DNA of 64,000 bases from Epiperipatus broadwayi (lineage: Eukaryota > Animalia > Onychophora): contig JAQFVV010000001.1 in NCBI GenBank assembly GCA_028023455.1, positions 32,674,001-32,738,000 on the forward strand, read 5' to 3'. How positions within the stretch are numbered: the stretch's first letter is position 1; every line of letters starts with the position of its first letter. Of the stretch, positions 39,491 to 55,181 are shown one piece after another. The notes beneath the pieces are model-generated. The model was given only the letters and a program-made list of their open reading frames with translations. It made no database searches and was not told the DNA's origin. The position numbers and the translations under genes are program-made.

Positions 39491-42400
39491 GTAAGTGTTC
39501 ACGCAGTTTAAATTTGTTGTAGGCAACATCAAATATACATTGACTAAATAAATATATATAGAGTCAATTATTTCCATAAAAACTAAATATGAATCTAAAT
39601 TAGTATTAACTAATACAGTAAAAAGTTTACATCATCATCTTTGGTCACTTTCATTTTTACATGCAACACAAATAAAATTAAATGTCAAATAGTAATTTAA
39701 AAGTTTATCAAAACCTTTGCTAATATATTAATGACATTTTTTAGTATATATCTTAATTCTGTATAATTTTTAAATTAATAATAAAAGAAAAGGAAATTAT
39801 TGGAATTAATAATAAAAAATACCAGCCTAATTTAGCATGTTTTTAGTTATTTACATCTCTATTTACACATACTGTAGTAATATAAAATTTTGCCAGCTTT
39901 TGTAATCTTGAAGGATTGTGTAGACTACTACTAAACCAGTTTCCAATAATTCTGAAATCTTAGTTGGGGTTATGGCAGGTTCATGGCACTATGATCTATA
40001 TAATTATTCATATTATATATGGCACATAAACCATTTTTATTTGTTACAATCTGAGTAGTTTCTTTTATTAATAATAAAATATATATATGTAATATGAAAG
40101 GGGGAGGACTTAGGGATTGCTTTATATTAAATAATCTTTATCTGTTGTAAATACTATGCTTACATATAAATATTACTAAATATTTATCTCAGTTTTATAC
40201 TACCACAAATAATAAAATTTCCTCAATATCATCTATGTAATAATTTTTCAGAAACATATTATTATGTATTATTAGTGTTCAGTATTTTAAAATTATTTAT
40301 TAATATAAAATTTACATTATGATTTCTATTTATGATTTCATGTACTAGTTTATTTAAAATCTTAATGTTCATAATAATGTGACATCTCCATTCAGGTCCA
40401 CCACATTTGTGTGAGGCATCTTTGTGCAAGATAAATTTTAGCTTCTCTAGTTTTATAATCAGAACTGGCCTGAGTGCATTGCAATGGCATGCAATCTCAC
40501 ACTTATGAAGGCCCTGGGTATGCTTGTTTTAGGTCTTTTGTGAAAATTAATGCATTTTCTCACATGCTAAATGGAATTAGGTTTCCTTTTTTTGTCTCTT
40601 TAATTTATAAATTCTACAATGAATATGCAACATAATACAATTGTAGATGGACTAATATGCAGTAAGCAAATTTTTTAGTTATATTGTTTACCAAAATGTT
40701 TCACAATGTTCTGATCACGTTTATGTGAAATCAGTTCTTCATTTGCATTTTTGCATAGTGAATCAGAATATGCAAAAAATAATAATAAAATTAGGATGAT
40801 GTTATTAACAGATTTGTAATAAAACATAGAAGAAAATAAAATATTTTTTTGCATTATATGTATTTTATTTTTTCTCAAATATTGATTCAATAAACTTGTA
40901 CAAAATCATATTTATAATAAATAAAAAATGATTTATATATTAGAAGTACCAATTTGTGCAAATTTAATATATCTATATTTGCAAGTAAAATAATTTATTT
41001 TTTTAAATATCTAAATGTTTTTATCATCTGAAAAAGAGCCCCCATCCTATTAAATAAAATTAATTAATTCAAACAATGAATTTTATGTAATTTTATTTAA
41101 TCAGACACAAGAAAACGTTAAAATATTATAATTATTTGCATTTTTACCTTTTTATTTACAAATTAACTCTTCTGACTTTGGTGGCCACAATGTTATAAAT
41201 AGCAATCAATTTTAATTAGGTCAACTCTAATCAACCTCTTGGTTTTTTGACTTTGTGTCATTTGGAATTTCAATAATAGAACAATTTTTTGTATGCTTAT
41301 TATTTCACTTAAAAAACTTCAGTCAAGTGATACAGTTAGGTATGTAGGGATTTTAGGATTTATCTTACATTTACTTAAGGAAAGAAATTTTCACACTTAC
41401 ATTGTTAATTCAAAGTTGTAATTATAAATTTATTGTTAATTCAATAAATTTTTAAAAGCCATGATACCATGCCTTGCAGTTTCTTTTGCTTAATGATAAA
41501 TTATAATAAGAAATAAAATCAAATAATTGGATTCTTCTGTTAATATAGATAGAATTTTGTAGGTCCTTTCCCAATCAAGAAGTTGCACATGAAGTTGTAG
41601 AGATGTTATAATAATGCCATGCTAATGAAATGTGTGCAATATCTTTTTAAAATATTGTTTTTAACTAATTCCAATAGTAACAACTTGATAAAAATACCAA
41701 TACATGTTTTAAAAATCCAATCTCTTCGAAATAATTTGTTTATATTTTTTATTAACAAAAATAGCCTCTTTTGTATTTATTCAACAGTAAATTTCACTAC
41801 TTTATTATGGTATTTGACTTTTTAATGCCTATTTATAACTAAATCGCATTATATATTACAACTTTTAGCTTTTGATAGTAAAGCTAAATTCCCAGTTATT
41901 TAATTTGCCCAAGTGTAAAAAAAAGATTTTAATAATTTTATTTTGTTGTCAATTAATTTTATTAGTGTTTTACAATTAAATATCTTAATTTATCTTATTC
42001 TGAGCACTTTTATGAGTCTTAATTATTGTTAAGAATTATTTTAATATTTTTATAATATGTTGATTTGAATTTATTTGTAGTTGGAATTAATTTTCAATTG
42101 TTTAAAAAGGAATATATTTCCCTGTCTAATAATAAAGTAATACTGAAAGCTATTAAAAGCTAGAATTACTTTCATATAATCTCTAATGTCTTAAAATTTA
42201 GTAATTAAATTAAATGTAGTAATACTTAAGTCTAAATCTTTAATATTAGATATTATTATTTAATTTTCCTGCCTATAATAAAGCATTTCTATCTAAATTA
42301 TTTATTAGTTAAAGTTTATTTGTCCATGCTAATATCATAAGGATTAAATTAGTGTAAATAAAGTTAAGCTATTTGCATTAGTTGAAAGAATAATAGGTTT

Positions 42401-42589
42401 AGATACATTTTACAAAAGCATTATGAGATAAATACATGAAAGCACATGGTGATATTTGTTAATACATTTAGAGATGTTAGATGAAGTTAGTGTTTCATTG
42501 ATATATAGCTGTACATAAATTGTGCTTATTAGTTGATGAAAACTATAGGTATCAAGGCTAAGTCTTATTGTTTATGTATTGAGCATTTA

Positions 42590-42930
42590 AAGTTCATTTG
42601 AGGTAATTTGGTGGAGTGATCTTTTAAATTTTTTTAGATCAGTGGGTTGATGAAATGTGTGCACTGTGTTACTCTCACATGATGCAGTATTTATTCTAGA
42701 GTTCACCCTGGTATAACATTGAAGCTATGAATTCATGCTTGGTAGGCACTTGAGCTGGATGAGATTCCAGAGAGTGGGATGTAAGTGATATAGAGAGCAG
42801 TTGAAATCTATGACTGACATAATGATGGATTTGAAGAGAAAATATCTTAAATGATGCAAAATATCCTCGTGGTATGATAATAATAAATTTTGGAAAATTG
42901 TTGTTAGCATGTCAGGCATCCACACCATAG
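42590..42930 (-). mobile_element. LINE AP-endonuclease relic (CR1/Jockey/I-like)
   Basis: Minus ORF SIIMSVIDFNCSLYHLHPTLWN resembles IIxGDFNxHHPxW. Confidence 0.4.
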
Positions 42931-43544
42931 GGAGAGTTATAATCTTGTGTTGTTAAGTCTAGGTTTTAAATATTGTTTGCATTGGTTGTTTTGAAACTTC
43001 GCTTTGGCTTATTTATTAATGGACTTAAAATATATTTGCTATTGTTGATATGGAAAATGTTCTTGAGGATTCTGGCATATGTTTTTATGAGCTAAAGTTG
43101 AAAATATGGTACAATATGTTTTGGTGCCCACTATTTAATCATGTAGTTGTATGGCAGTCATTTTGATTGGTTTTAACAATTTTAAAATGTCATTTTTTTA
43201 AGAAAAAGTTTTTTTTTAATTCAAAATTATCTTAGAAAAGATGTGTGGCATAGTTAATTGTTAATAATTGGTTCAATATATAATAAATTTATCTGAAATA
43301 TTGCAGATTTTGAGTGGTCTTTTGGGGGTTTAAACCCAGGATTTTTTCTTCTTACCTAAAAATATTAAGATTTACTCTGCTAATGAAATATTTTTTCTTG
43401 CAAATTAACCATTACACTTCAGTCTTTATAATGACATGAAATTTATTTTTAAAAAAACTAATATTTGCAAATTTTTAGAATTTGAAACAGAAGTTCTTGC
43501 AATGAACATGATGACAGCATTAAGATTAAATGCAAAACTCAAAC

Positions 43545-44010
43545 TACTGTAAATCACTGTTTTTATCATAAACAAAATTGTTAACCCTCATTGCATATGT
43601 AATCTCATGTATCAAATTGTATCTAAATACTCACGTTTTTCACATGCAACTTATATAACACATGAATAATAAGACAGTCATGAATGCTATAATCCTTCCC
43701 ACTAAATAGGCCCAATTTATATACAATCATATATTAATCTAACACCAACTGTAATGCCATAACCCATATATGTTTTCTCTCATACTATCATTTGCTTCCA
43801 TATATTTTTCTCAAGATCCCATTTAAAATTTCTATATAAACCTAATTTGATAAATGGATCTTGTTATATAAAGATCATTCTGTTTTCAGTTATTGTAAAT
43901 CGTGTTTTTTTCTATCACGAACAACATTGTAAACTCTTATTGCATATGTAATATCATGTACCAACTTGTATCTAAGACCTCATGTTTTTCTCCTGTAACT
44001 TATATAATAC
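43545..44010. repeat. Two about 120-bp diverged direct repeats about 345 bp apart
   Basis: TGTAAATC...TTGCATATGTAAT(C/A)TCATGTA...TTGTATCTAA...AACTTATATAA present twice. Confidence 0.8.
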
Positions 44011-46299
44011 TTTTTAAAATACTCAATAAAATTTACATTTGAAACATAAAATTATGCTTTAACTTAAGAGATAAAAAGTTAATTTATTACTATTAAAAAA
44101 ATGTTAGTTTTTAATTAAAAGAAACTTAGGAGAATGTGTATGAATGTGCTTACGTTTTATTTTAATTTACCCTTCCTTGTTCATAATATTTAAATATCAT
44201 TTTTAAGAATTTTAATTAAAATAATAAAGGTATTCTGATGAATTTCTAACTTATTTAATATAGTTTAGAATTTTTATAAAGAGTAATGCAATATTATGTT
44301 CAAAACCATATAATTTATGCTGTAATATTTTATTTTTATTTCATTGTAATAATTTTAATTTTATAAATGATTATTTTTAAAATGTTATATTTTTAATTAT
44401 AGTCTAGACTGTATGCTTATGAGTTTCTATTTTTAATTTGATTCCCCAAATACCAAATTAGTTTTAAACTTTATTATAAGAGTTCAAGAGATGGTGATTT
44501 GGAAATGTCAATTTTCAATCAATCAAATCAATCACATGATTGGGAGTATAAATATACACACTGAAAGAGTTTGCACACACAGGGTAAGAACATACATGGG
44601 CGGGGAGGGGGACTTGCTTATTTCTTTTCTAATTAATTGCATAATTAATCATAAATTTAATTATTTTCAACTATTTTATTTTTGTTTAGTAAAAATGTAT
44701 CCTTAATGAATTCAGGTCCAATGTCAACAGTTTTAAAAGGAAAATAGAATGGAAAAATTAAACAATTATTTCTCTGCTATCATTGAATTGTATTTATTCA
44801 ATATTAACATGCTGTGAGAATTATATACAGCTTGCATTACTTGCATAAGAAACTTTTTGTAATATTCAATTTTATGCTTACAATAAACTTTATTCTATAT
44901 TTAGTATGTTTAATATTGTAAGGATAAGACTGTTAAAGACTTATGTTTTGTAATATTTATAACAATTCTTTAATATTTTTAAATTCTTTACTTCAATATT
45001 TAAAGAATGTTGAAAGAGTAAATGATATATTCAAAGACTTTAAAATGTTTTGTCTTCAGTAATGTTTTTAAACTATATTATTCCAAAATTATTATAGTTA
45101 AATGACAGTTTTCTCTGGGATAATTTTTTTTAATGAATGAAATTATTTTAATCCTAGATAGAAATATCTTTGTATTAATTTTAAAATGGTATTTGATTAC
45201 TTATAATAGTGAATTATTTATTATTATTGCTGCATGATTTCAATTTATACTTATGCAAACTGGATAATAGAAATATATCTCAAGTATGTAAAATAAAGAT
45301 TTATTAATTTACATTTTTATTGGAAAAGCATTATGTCCATACTCATGTTAAGAAAAATATATATATACCATATCATGGACTTATTATAATTATTTAAATA
45401 CATCTGGACAAAATAATGGAAGCAGCTATATTTCCATTATAAAAGGAACATGAAATATTTTAATGAATTATAATTTGAGTTATATACAATTAACTTTCAA
45501 TAAAATCTACTTTATTATATGCTTCATTATTATTATTAGTGCTCCAATATGAATTTAAACCCTGATCTCTCTCTAATAAAACCTGAATTATTTTCTAAAA
45601 ATATTTTCTTGTAGACCTCAGTATTAATTTATATTTTTCTGGAATGAAGAAATAAAATGTTAAATTAGTGTCATAACATAAATTGTTAGCAACTTATTTA
45701 AAATAAAATTACTTTCATAAAATTGAATTGCCATTAATATATTTGTGTGCTTATGTTTTAAAGAAACCTTATATAAAAATAATTCTGAATGTCATGCACC
45801 TAATTATTTAATTTGTTGTAATTTCAACAAATGGAAAATTTTTATGTGTTTGTGGAACTATATTGATAACTGGTGACAATTCCAGGATGAAAGACTTTAA
45901 TAATTTAAATTTTGGTAAACTGTGTATAATGTTAAATAATAACTTTGTTTTTTGCAAATTGTCTTTTATTCTGTTTTATTCATTAGATGTCAATTGTTGT
46001 AATATGCAGTTAATATTTTATTAATATTATATCATTTTAAAATAATAAGTGAAATAGTGCTTATACATCATTTTAAAAGTATTGCTTTGTCCCATGTCAT
46101 GAGTAATTTATCTATCTGAATAAAGATGTTTATGCAAAACCAATGAATTTGATGTATATTCTTATTTTACTATATATTTCTGGACATATTTTATTAGATT
46201 AGATTTGACAAGTACCTTTGTTATCAGTTTTATATATAAATTAATAATTTTTATATTTGTTAGGAGATCATTAAATTAGTCTCTCTCTTGTTTGTTGTT

Positions 46300-47100
46300 T
46301 ATGCTTATATTGCCATTATATTTTTCAAGTGATTGTATCTGTGTATTTCTCTCTCTTGATAATATTATTTTATTAGGACATATATTTTATAAAGAGATAA
46401 TAGCTTTGTCTCTCTTTTATGATGGCATTTTTCCTGAGTGGTATATATATATATTTATTTCATATTTTGCATGAATGCTTTGTTTGAGGCTGTTCCTATT
46501 GTTCCTAATATTTATAGTAGTTTGTTTTCATTTTTTTCATATGTTAAGATACAAAGGCTCTAGCATATTTATTTGCCTTCAAAATTTAGACGATCTTTTA
46601 AGTTCATACCATCATTAGGTTTATGGCCATCTTTATCTTTTCCTCTCAGAAGTATCATATTTTGTATGTAACCATGTGTGGTGTACTGCATGATTTCATT
46701 ATTTTTATGGCAATTGATATTATTTGTTTGTGAAGAGTATTATCTTTTCTTTGATTGCACTTTTGACCATTCTTAGTGTAGATTAGAGATGGTTCTGGTG
46801 TGAAGATTTATTTTGTTGTGCTTTTGTAGCATTACAGAATATGAATCTAATAGTTCTTTTATTTAAATTTTTAAAATTGTAAGTATAGACTGAAATAAGT
46901 GATATAAATCATTCTAAACATCAAGTCCTTGCTGGATTAATTAGACATGGATTGGTATTAAGATGTACTCATTGTTAGGACAATATTATAGTATATCTGG
47001 TTTCCAAAATGTTGAAATTCTTGAAATAATGCTTAAGTTAATAAATGCTTTTATCAAACAGGAAAAATGCATAGCTTAATGTAATAATACCCATGTCAGA
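46300..47100 (-). mobile_element. Possible highly decayed LINE (Jockey-like) 3' region
   Basis: Only faint resemblance to the post-RT region (PHMVTYK, near an APWY-like motif). Raised GC relative to flanks. Confidence 0.15.
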
Positions 47101-47271
47101 AAGCCTATATCAGTCAGATAAGTTAAAATAATTAATTACAATTTAATTCATAAATTTATTTGTTTATTACCATAAACTGCAAACTTGTGAAATTATTTTT
47201 CCTCAATGCAGTAAGATTGTATAGCATTATATTTAAACAGTTCATTTCAAGTCTGTAGATTTCCAAAATTG

Positions 47272-47329
47272 TTGTTATTGAATTATTCTTGTTATTGAAT
47301 TATTGTTGTTATTGAATTATTCTTGTTAT
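47272..47329. repeat. 17-bp minisatellite, about 3.4 copies
   Basis: TTGTTATTGAATTATT(C/G) repeated. Confidence 0.9.
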
Positions 47330-49437
47330 ATTTATTTTAAATTTTTGTATTTGATTTTAATATCATCCCCATCACATATGATTTATCCAGAAATCTTAAC
47401 ATAATATGATTAACCCAGAAATCATAACATTATATAACTAATGACACAATTATATTTTATTGTGGTTGTTTAGAGTACATGTATAAAAAATAAAGATAAT
47501 AATCACTTTGTTATAATGATTTATAGAAATAAAGGATGCATCTAAAGAATAAAATATTTATCCATTTTTAAATCATAAATTATCATTTTAATCCATCATA
47601 AATTTAATTCTTAAATTATTTATCTCAACTTTATAAAAATAAAATTGGTATGGATTATTATTAGGATATCCTGAGCAGCCATAAAATCCCTTATATACTT
47701 TTAGCATTTGGATGCTATTGTAGTAGATTATTATTCTATTCTAAATTAAGAGTATCTATGCATTTCATTTTAATTAAAATATTTATTTTAAATTTGTTAT
47801 TATTATTGTAAATTAGGCAACCATTATCTTAGGGGCAAGAGTATGTCTCCTCATATTTTTGCTAGAATGCCATTCATTGTGTAATAATACACAAATAAAA
47901 TAAGAGAGTGGTAATTTTAATACTATAAATATTTAATTAAGAACCCTGAGATCTTACTATTACAATCAATAATCAAAATAATTGTTTTTGGAAAAAGAAA
48001 TTATTTTGAAAAGTAAAGTGGCACAAATAAAACTTAAAGAACATTATTATTTTTTATCAATAGTTTTGAATTGTGAATCAGATCATTGCAATGAAATAGT
48101 GATAATAGTGGTGGTATGATTTGTTATTATATTGGAGGGGGGTATAAAAATATATTCTGAGAAAGAATATATTATAATCTAACCACTCTTTGGCATATGC
48201 TTTTAATATTAAGATTATTTATATTTTGACAGAGTGAGTAGAGATTTTTCTTTCTTTTCAAATTTATTAATTGTAAATTAGCATATTTATAATGATTAGT
48301 CATTATTATTCTTACCCTAATGACTCTTTTTATTATAGCATATATTACATGTATAAGGTCCCCTTGAGCCAATGTGTTTCTGTTTATTTAGCTGAGATTA
48401 TTTATTTTCCTGGTAGTTGGTTTGTTCTGTCTTTTATAGGCTTTATAATTTTGGTATTTTGTGGCAATTGACATCTATATTTGGATTATATAATTTTGGC
48501 TTACCCAACATGTTGGCTTTCGATCAGTTATAAGGTACCAAGCAATTGTCTGGAGGAAATGTTTGCAGTCATTGATCATTTTTCCATAAGTTATCTCTAT
48601 TGATCAGATTATAATATATTATACTTTATTATAGTTTTGTCAATTAGGGATTTATCCAGGATTTATTTAAGGGAAGAATTTTAAATTATCATATTTAGAT
48701 TGTTTATTCAATAAATTTTTATAAGTTATTAAAACCTCTTGCATTTTAATTTGTTTATTCATAGGTTATATCATGAAATTTGTTAAAAATTAAATGTTTT
48801 GGTGTGCAATAAAATCTTTTTAAAAATTATGTTTTTTACTCATTCTGTTTTGTTTAGATCTTGCATCATATGTGGATTATGGATTAATTATGAATTTTTA
48901 GTTATAGAACAAGTAAAAGCTAATAATGTATTTTTAAAAAAGATAATATTGTTATTAAAAATAAGAAAAGTTATTTAATAAAATATGTAAAAAGATACTG
49001 TGGCATAATAAAAAAAAAGATAATATTGCCATTGCAGTTCAATCCTAGTATCCCACAGTCAGGAGTCAGATACTCTTATTACTAGAAAGGATTTAATTAA
49101 TTTCACTTTCCAGATCTACTATTTTTATAAGATTTTATCTTTACTCTAATCAGTTAAAAATTTGCTCTTCCATTCTTTTCATTCAGTCTGTAGAAATCAT
49201 CTATAAACTGAATAAGACACATTACTCATCTAAAATATCATTGATCAACATTTTAAAAATAAGTTTTATTTTTAAATAAATTAGTAATAATAATATGTTA
49301 TATTTTGTATAAATTATGATATTTAAATACTAGTGATTGGGGAATCTAAACATTTTTATTTACATATACATTTGATTAATTATAGTAACAAAAGGATAAT
49401 CAGACTGTTTGATTTTGTGTAATGGTAGAATATATAT

Positions 49438-49790
49438 AGAGCAATTGTCACAACATGTCTAAATAAAGAAATATTTAGAAAAAAGATAAAGAAGTATTTC
49501 ACTTCTATTTAAATAAAAAGAATGTGCTTTTAACAATAAAGTGATTTGGAAATGTAAACATTTACATATAAGTTTTATTAATTATTGCAACAATAGGGCA
49601 TCAGCCTGTTCAGTTTAGTGCAATGATAAGAATTTATATATTGTATATTTCACGCTTGAGCCTGAAAATTTAAGACCCAGACAATTGTCACAATATGTTT
49701 AAGTAAAGAAGTATTCTACTCACATTTAAATAAAAATATTTATATTGAGAACATATTAATAACAATAAAGTGATTCAAAAATTTAAACAT
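49438..49790. repeat. Diverged direct repeats with about 240-bp period
   Basis: CAATTGTCACAA(C/T)ATGT...ATTTAAATAAAAA...TAACAATAAAGTGATT...AAACATTT present twice. Confidence 0.75.
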
Positions 49791-52399
49791 TTTCTTTTAT
49801 ATATAAATTGTATTAATTATCCTTGTGTCTTGATGCCCCTGTGCTTGCACAACCTGCATACCCTCACATGGCAGCCGTATCTCCATTAGCAGTAATGAAG
49901 ATCATATCTTACTACAAATTGTGGCCTTTTTTGCAGATAGAGCTTTAACACTTATATAATTAACCTGAGATCTCCCCCCTCAAAACAGCTAGGTATTCAT
50001 TTATTGATTACAATTGATGGTTGATTAATTTAACTGCGGTATATCTACCTGGAAAAAAAATCCTAAACGTGTTTGTGATGTCAAGATCAACTTGTTAGCA
50101 AGTACTTATAAATTATTTTTAAATATGTTTCTAATAACTTTAACAGTTAAATAAATTATTTTCTGTAACATTAAATTTTTATAGTTTTTTTTTATTTTTC
50201 TATAGATTTTTAAAAAAAGCAATAGTGCTTTGAATGAATACATATAGAAATTTATTCTGTTTTATTCTACATCTATCAACATTAAAAATGTCTATATTAC
50301 TTGTTGGCTGATAAATTTCCATAATTACAAAATCAATTTTTATATCTTAAAGTTTAATTTCAAAGATTGTTGTTAACATACTGGCCAGCTATTTTTGACT
50401 TTCTCTCAGCTTGAAAAAACAATAGTTATAATAATTACTCTCATGCACTGTTCTTTATTTCTTTATATCCAATTATACACAAATCAATAGACATCATGTT
50501 TCTTAAAGTTGGCATCCGTTTAAATAATTTTATATTTCTAAATATTTACAAAAAAATAATATTAAAATGATATTTACAATTTATAAAATATATTTTACTC
50601 AAGTGTATATTTGATATTATTATTCCAATTTGTTACAATAAGAAAAAAAAATCGTCTATAAAAACAATCCATATTTCAATTATATAGGTATGTGTGTTTG
50701 GCAAACAAAAAATATGACCAATTAAACTATCTTTATATATTTTAAAGAATGTGTGAACATGTGCCCAACTTTAAAGATTCTAGTGAATCATTCTCGATCA
50801 ATGGTGCAAAACAGTCACTCTCTGTGAATTAAAAATATATAAGATTTATCACAAATGTATCATCTCAAATCTTTCCCTCTTTTTTTTATTTTTATAATGA
50901 TGTACCTTAATAATAAAGCGTTCTTCTCTAATTGAAAGAAATACTTGAAATGGAAGATTAATAAGCAATCTTTATTTTAAAATTATTGCAATTGAAAATC
51001 AATCAGTATTACTGACATTTACAAATGACTGTTTTTTTATGTGCAGAACGTAGGAGAAATATACTATTTTTATGTAAAGTAAGATTACAGATTGGTGATT
51101 TATAGGCCTAATAGAAAAAAGAGCTGGAAATTTTTAAGAAAAAGGAAATTATATATATAATATCAAATACAAAATTATATATACAATAATATAAAAAATT
51201 GGTATTAACACTGTAATATCTTTATTTTACCAATTATTAACTATCATTAATAGCCGCTCATAAATGAGTATAGCTACTTTAAATCCTGTAAAAGAAAAAA
51301 GTTAAAAAAAATAAAAATGAAAGATAATTTTTGTGATGATTATCATATATAGTTAAGTTCATGAACCAATCTGTCAGCACATGTTGCACACTATCCTTTA
51401 ATCTACTTAAGCCTGTGATAATCCTATCTTTCAAATTTGCCAAAACAAATTTTTCTTTTAATATCTGGCATAATTATATCTCTCCAACGGTAAGTTTATC
51501 TTAGCCATATCATCTTAATAAAACAAAAGTTAACAATATATTGGCACTTCTTTAAAGATAATTACACTGTCTGCCTCTCTCACAAAAGTCATCTCACATT
51601 CTTTTTATAGTGCGTTTTAGAAAGTCCGTTACCTTTTACTCTTATCACATAAACATTCTAATAAAAATGTGACATTATAATGGTAAATTCACTATCATTT
51701 AATTCAAAAACTTTCATGTTTGTTAGAATAACAATCATATACCCAATTAATTTAGTTGAAGCAGTTGTATTATATACATATTTTAAGTTTCTAAATGCAA
51801 TAGTAGGATATTGGAGTTTAAGCAGCATCTGAACACCTAAGATGTCTATAACTAAATATTTATTTAAAAGTACTAAAAAATACATAAATATATATGTTAT
51901 AAAATATTGTTATAAAATTTAATAAATTTATATTACTTTGTATTTAGCTTTAGCTAAATGCACTTTCAGTCTCATAAACTATATCAAGGAATAGTGGCTA
52001 TATGTAGAAATCCTATCTCACACTTATCTGGACATTATTGGCACATTTATTAAGATGTTTTTTTGAATGGGTAATTTTTCATGCTTCTTTGATTTTATTA
52101 TTTGATGGTAATGCTTTTGGCAAAATAATTTGATGTTTGAGGTATTATGCATTATAGGTATGGCATATTATATTCTTATTATCCAGAAATACTGAATTAT
52201 ATTTTATGTTTAAGTTTGATCTTTGTACACTTGCATGGATTATTAGTTCAATTTTATAAATATATTATCTGGAGATTAATTAAAATAGAGTGACAAATGG
52301 AATTTGGATATGTAAAAGCATAATTTTTTTATATTTTTTCATCATCTTTAATTTTTAAATTTATAATTTTTAATAACTCTGTCACATTTACAATATGTC

Positions 52400-53920
52400 T
52401 CAGTAAAAAGTTGGCTGATGTGAAATAAAACCCAAGATATTAACTATGTTTTCTATTCAAAATAGTCTCCTTGTAATTCAGTATACTTCTGAAAATGATT
52501 GTAAAATTATTTGAAGCAATACTTAAAATCCTCTGGCAAAATAATCTGCACAAACTTTGTCATAAGCTTCTGGATATCCTGAATTTAACCATGGCAAATT
52601 CCTTTCATAGACAAGTTTAATTTTGGAATGGACAAAATTCAATGGAAACTAAATCAGAAGAATAGAATGAATTCTCAAGCACAATAACATTTTTTGGCCA
52701 AAAAATCAACATATTCTTGGCCTTGTGGATAGACATGTGATCACATAACAATGATCAAGAGCATTGCTTATGGTATTTATATCACTTTCTCAAAAATGTA
52801 ATCCACATACAATTCAAAACATGAAATATTTAAATACTAATATATTGTCTATATTGAACTTAACATAATTAGAAAGGATTTGAAGTCAAACTTTCAAGCT
52901 CCCTACAGACATCCACTCCATCTTATAAAACCGATACACATGACTTCATACGTGTGAAAAAGATAAATGATCTTCAATATGCATATTTTGTGCTGAACGA
53001 GCACTCATCAGTTGTCCCAGATCATATCTCTCTCATATATATATATAACAAGGGCTCAGTTTATATTAAGATAGCAAATATTCAAACTTTAATGAACAAG
53101 CTTCAATCTTCTCCCCCCTCCAATTCTTCAGTCATTCATATCACTGAAAATCTGATGATGGAATACACAAAGCCCTTGTTGATGGTAATCTTATTGAGAT
53201 ACCCATGCTGACTTTAAGTCACTCTGCCCCCTCATGTATAGGACCTTAATATATCCAGTTAAATACATAGAAGAGGGATGGTCAAAATACAAGATAAATA
53301 TGTAATTATTCAACTTAATGAAATTAGAAGAGATTTGGAAAAGTAGTCAGGATAAACAATCTGAGCTTTAAAAATGTATTCATGATAAATAATGCTTTTT
53401 AAAAAACATAAACAATGTTTCATTAACAATTGTTTTAATTTTTTTATACCCCTATCACCTATTACTAGAGAAGAATTTCAGATTTATAGTTTTGAGTTCT
53501 CTGCATGTTTCTACACAACCCTGATATCTTTTTGAGTGATTGTCAACAATTGAGGTACAAAGCACACACACACCTTTCCTGTTTTCAAATCTTTAAATAC
53601 AATGAAGTAAGCTTTTAGAAATGCTTGTGATTTTTTCAATGAGTCTGATCGATTCACAGTAATGAGTTATAGAAATTTAAGAAACTTTTTGCATGTTTAC
53701 TTTGTTTCCGGTTTTTTATTTACCAGGCCATGGATTATTTTCAATGCTTTCCATGCCATCATAAAATGTTGTAAATAATTTTAAAATGTTCTTGCAACCC
53801 ATGACATTGCTGCTATAAACCGTTTGAATTATTTGAAATATTTTAATAGCAGTTTTTCCCAACTTAAAACAAAATTTAATGTTATCACATTGTTACATTG
53901 TAGGTTTTCTATAAAGATAA
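52400..53920 (-). mobile_element. Decayed mariner transposon, probably interrupted at about 52800-53440
   Basis: N-terminal HTH relic NIKFCFKLGKTA...TVY...RKVCxxFVPQLLT (53470-53915) and C-terminal GDYFE* (52453-52471), collinear on the minus strand. Confidence 0.75.
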
Positions 53921-54398
53921 GAAGCATACTGTCATATTATAACTCATGAAATATACATGACAGCATCTTAAATTTTTTTGTAATGAATAGATAATCTATG
54001 TTGCTACATAAGACATGCATTAATTCAGAGATTGTAGTAGAGGCAGCATGGAGAGAGCATTAGACTCCTTTTTATTAAAACACATTGTGTATGTCATAGT
54101 AATGCTGAACTTACTTTTTATCTTAAAGCTAATCAGTTTATTTTTATTATAATTAAAATTATCTGATAGCATTATTCAAAATAGACCTATTATATCCCAT
54201 ATTTGTTAAATTGTTAACATATTGTCAATGCCCCTCCCTTTGGTTTCAAATTTCAAAAGTGAATAATTGTAAAATAGAAATGCCTTAAAACCAGAATACT
54301 TATATATAGAGAGAAATCTATAATTAATGGGCATATATTTTATTTTTTAAATGTTTAATCTCTATCTTATCAATTCAGTTTTTACAATGTTGGCTACA

Positions 54399-55080
54399 TA
54401 TGAGGGAATACCCCAAAATAATGGAATTTTGTAATAAAAAAATTGAATATTTATTTTTACATGTTACAAATTAAATCACTTTCAGATAATAGTCTATTTA
54501 ATGCAATGAACTGGTCTAAACATATTTTTACTTTTTGAAGTAGTCTAAAAACACTTACAAAGTGTTGTCTTTTAATACCTCCATCTTTTTTTCTTTACCA
54601 CTTCTAAGTATGCAAAAAAATATATTGAGACATTTTTTTATTTGAGAGATTAAACAGAATTTGCATTTCAAGAAAATGTGGCTGATAGATAAATGAGGTT
54701 GTGTTGAATTCATTAAAAATTGTTTCACACTCAAGCTATGCTGTACTAGCACATAGTTGAATGAAACATGCACTCTCATTTTTTCACAAAACAGGATGTT
54801 TATGTATTATTGTCTCATGCAAACATTTCAAAAGATGTAGGTTTTAAATGCCTGATTATTATGAATGAATTTGAATGAGCAATGTCATTTGCATAAAAAA
54901 AATCTGCATCATTTTGACATTTGACTTTACTTGCCACACTTTTTTTGGTCATGGTGAATTAAACACTTTCATTAAACCACTTATAAACTTGTGCTTTTTC
55001 AAATTGACTTTCTTGCAAGCTGTTTTAAGCATTACAGCTGCTTTCCATGTGATTCTTTTCTGAAAGAAAACAGAATTTCA
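54399..55080 (-). mobile_element. Mariner 3' half with TIR
   Basis: TATGAGGG...CCCCAAAATAATGGAATT resembles mariner TIRs (TACGAGGG...). Minus-strand DY.ESD-type C-terminus relic at about 54474-54495 and a PPYSPDL-like relic at about 54640-54700. Confidence 0.6.
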
Positions 55081-55181
55081 CATTGTTCCAACTTTTCAGC
55101 TATTACAAATATCAACAAATAGGTGAAATGCAATTTACAAAAACATGTGTTACATGATTTTACATGATGACATTATTGGAA

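Noticed and set aside
41560-41610. Terminal exon SFPNQEVAHEVVEML*
   Set aside because: Protein-like but short, with a single acceptor. Not distinguishable from chance.
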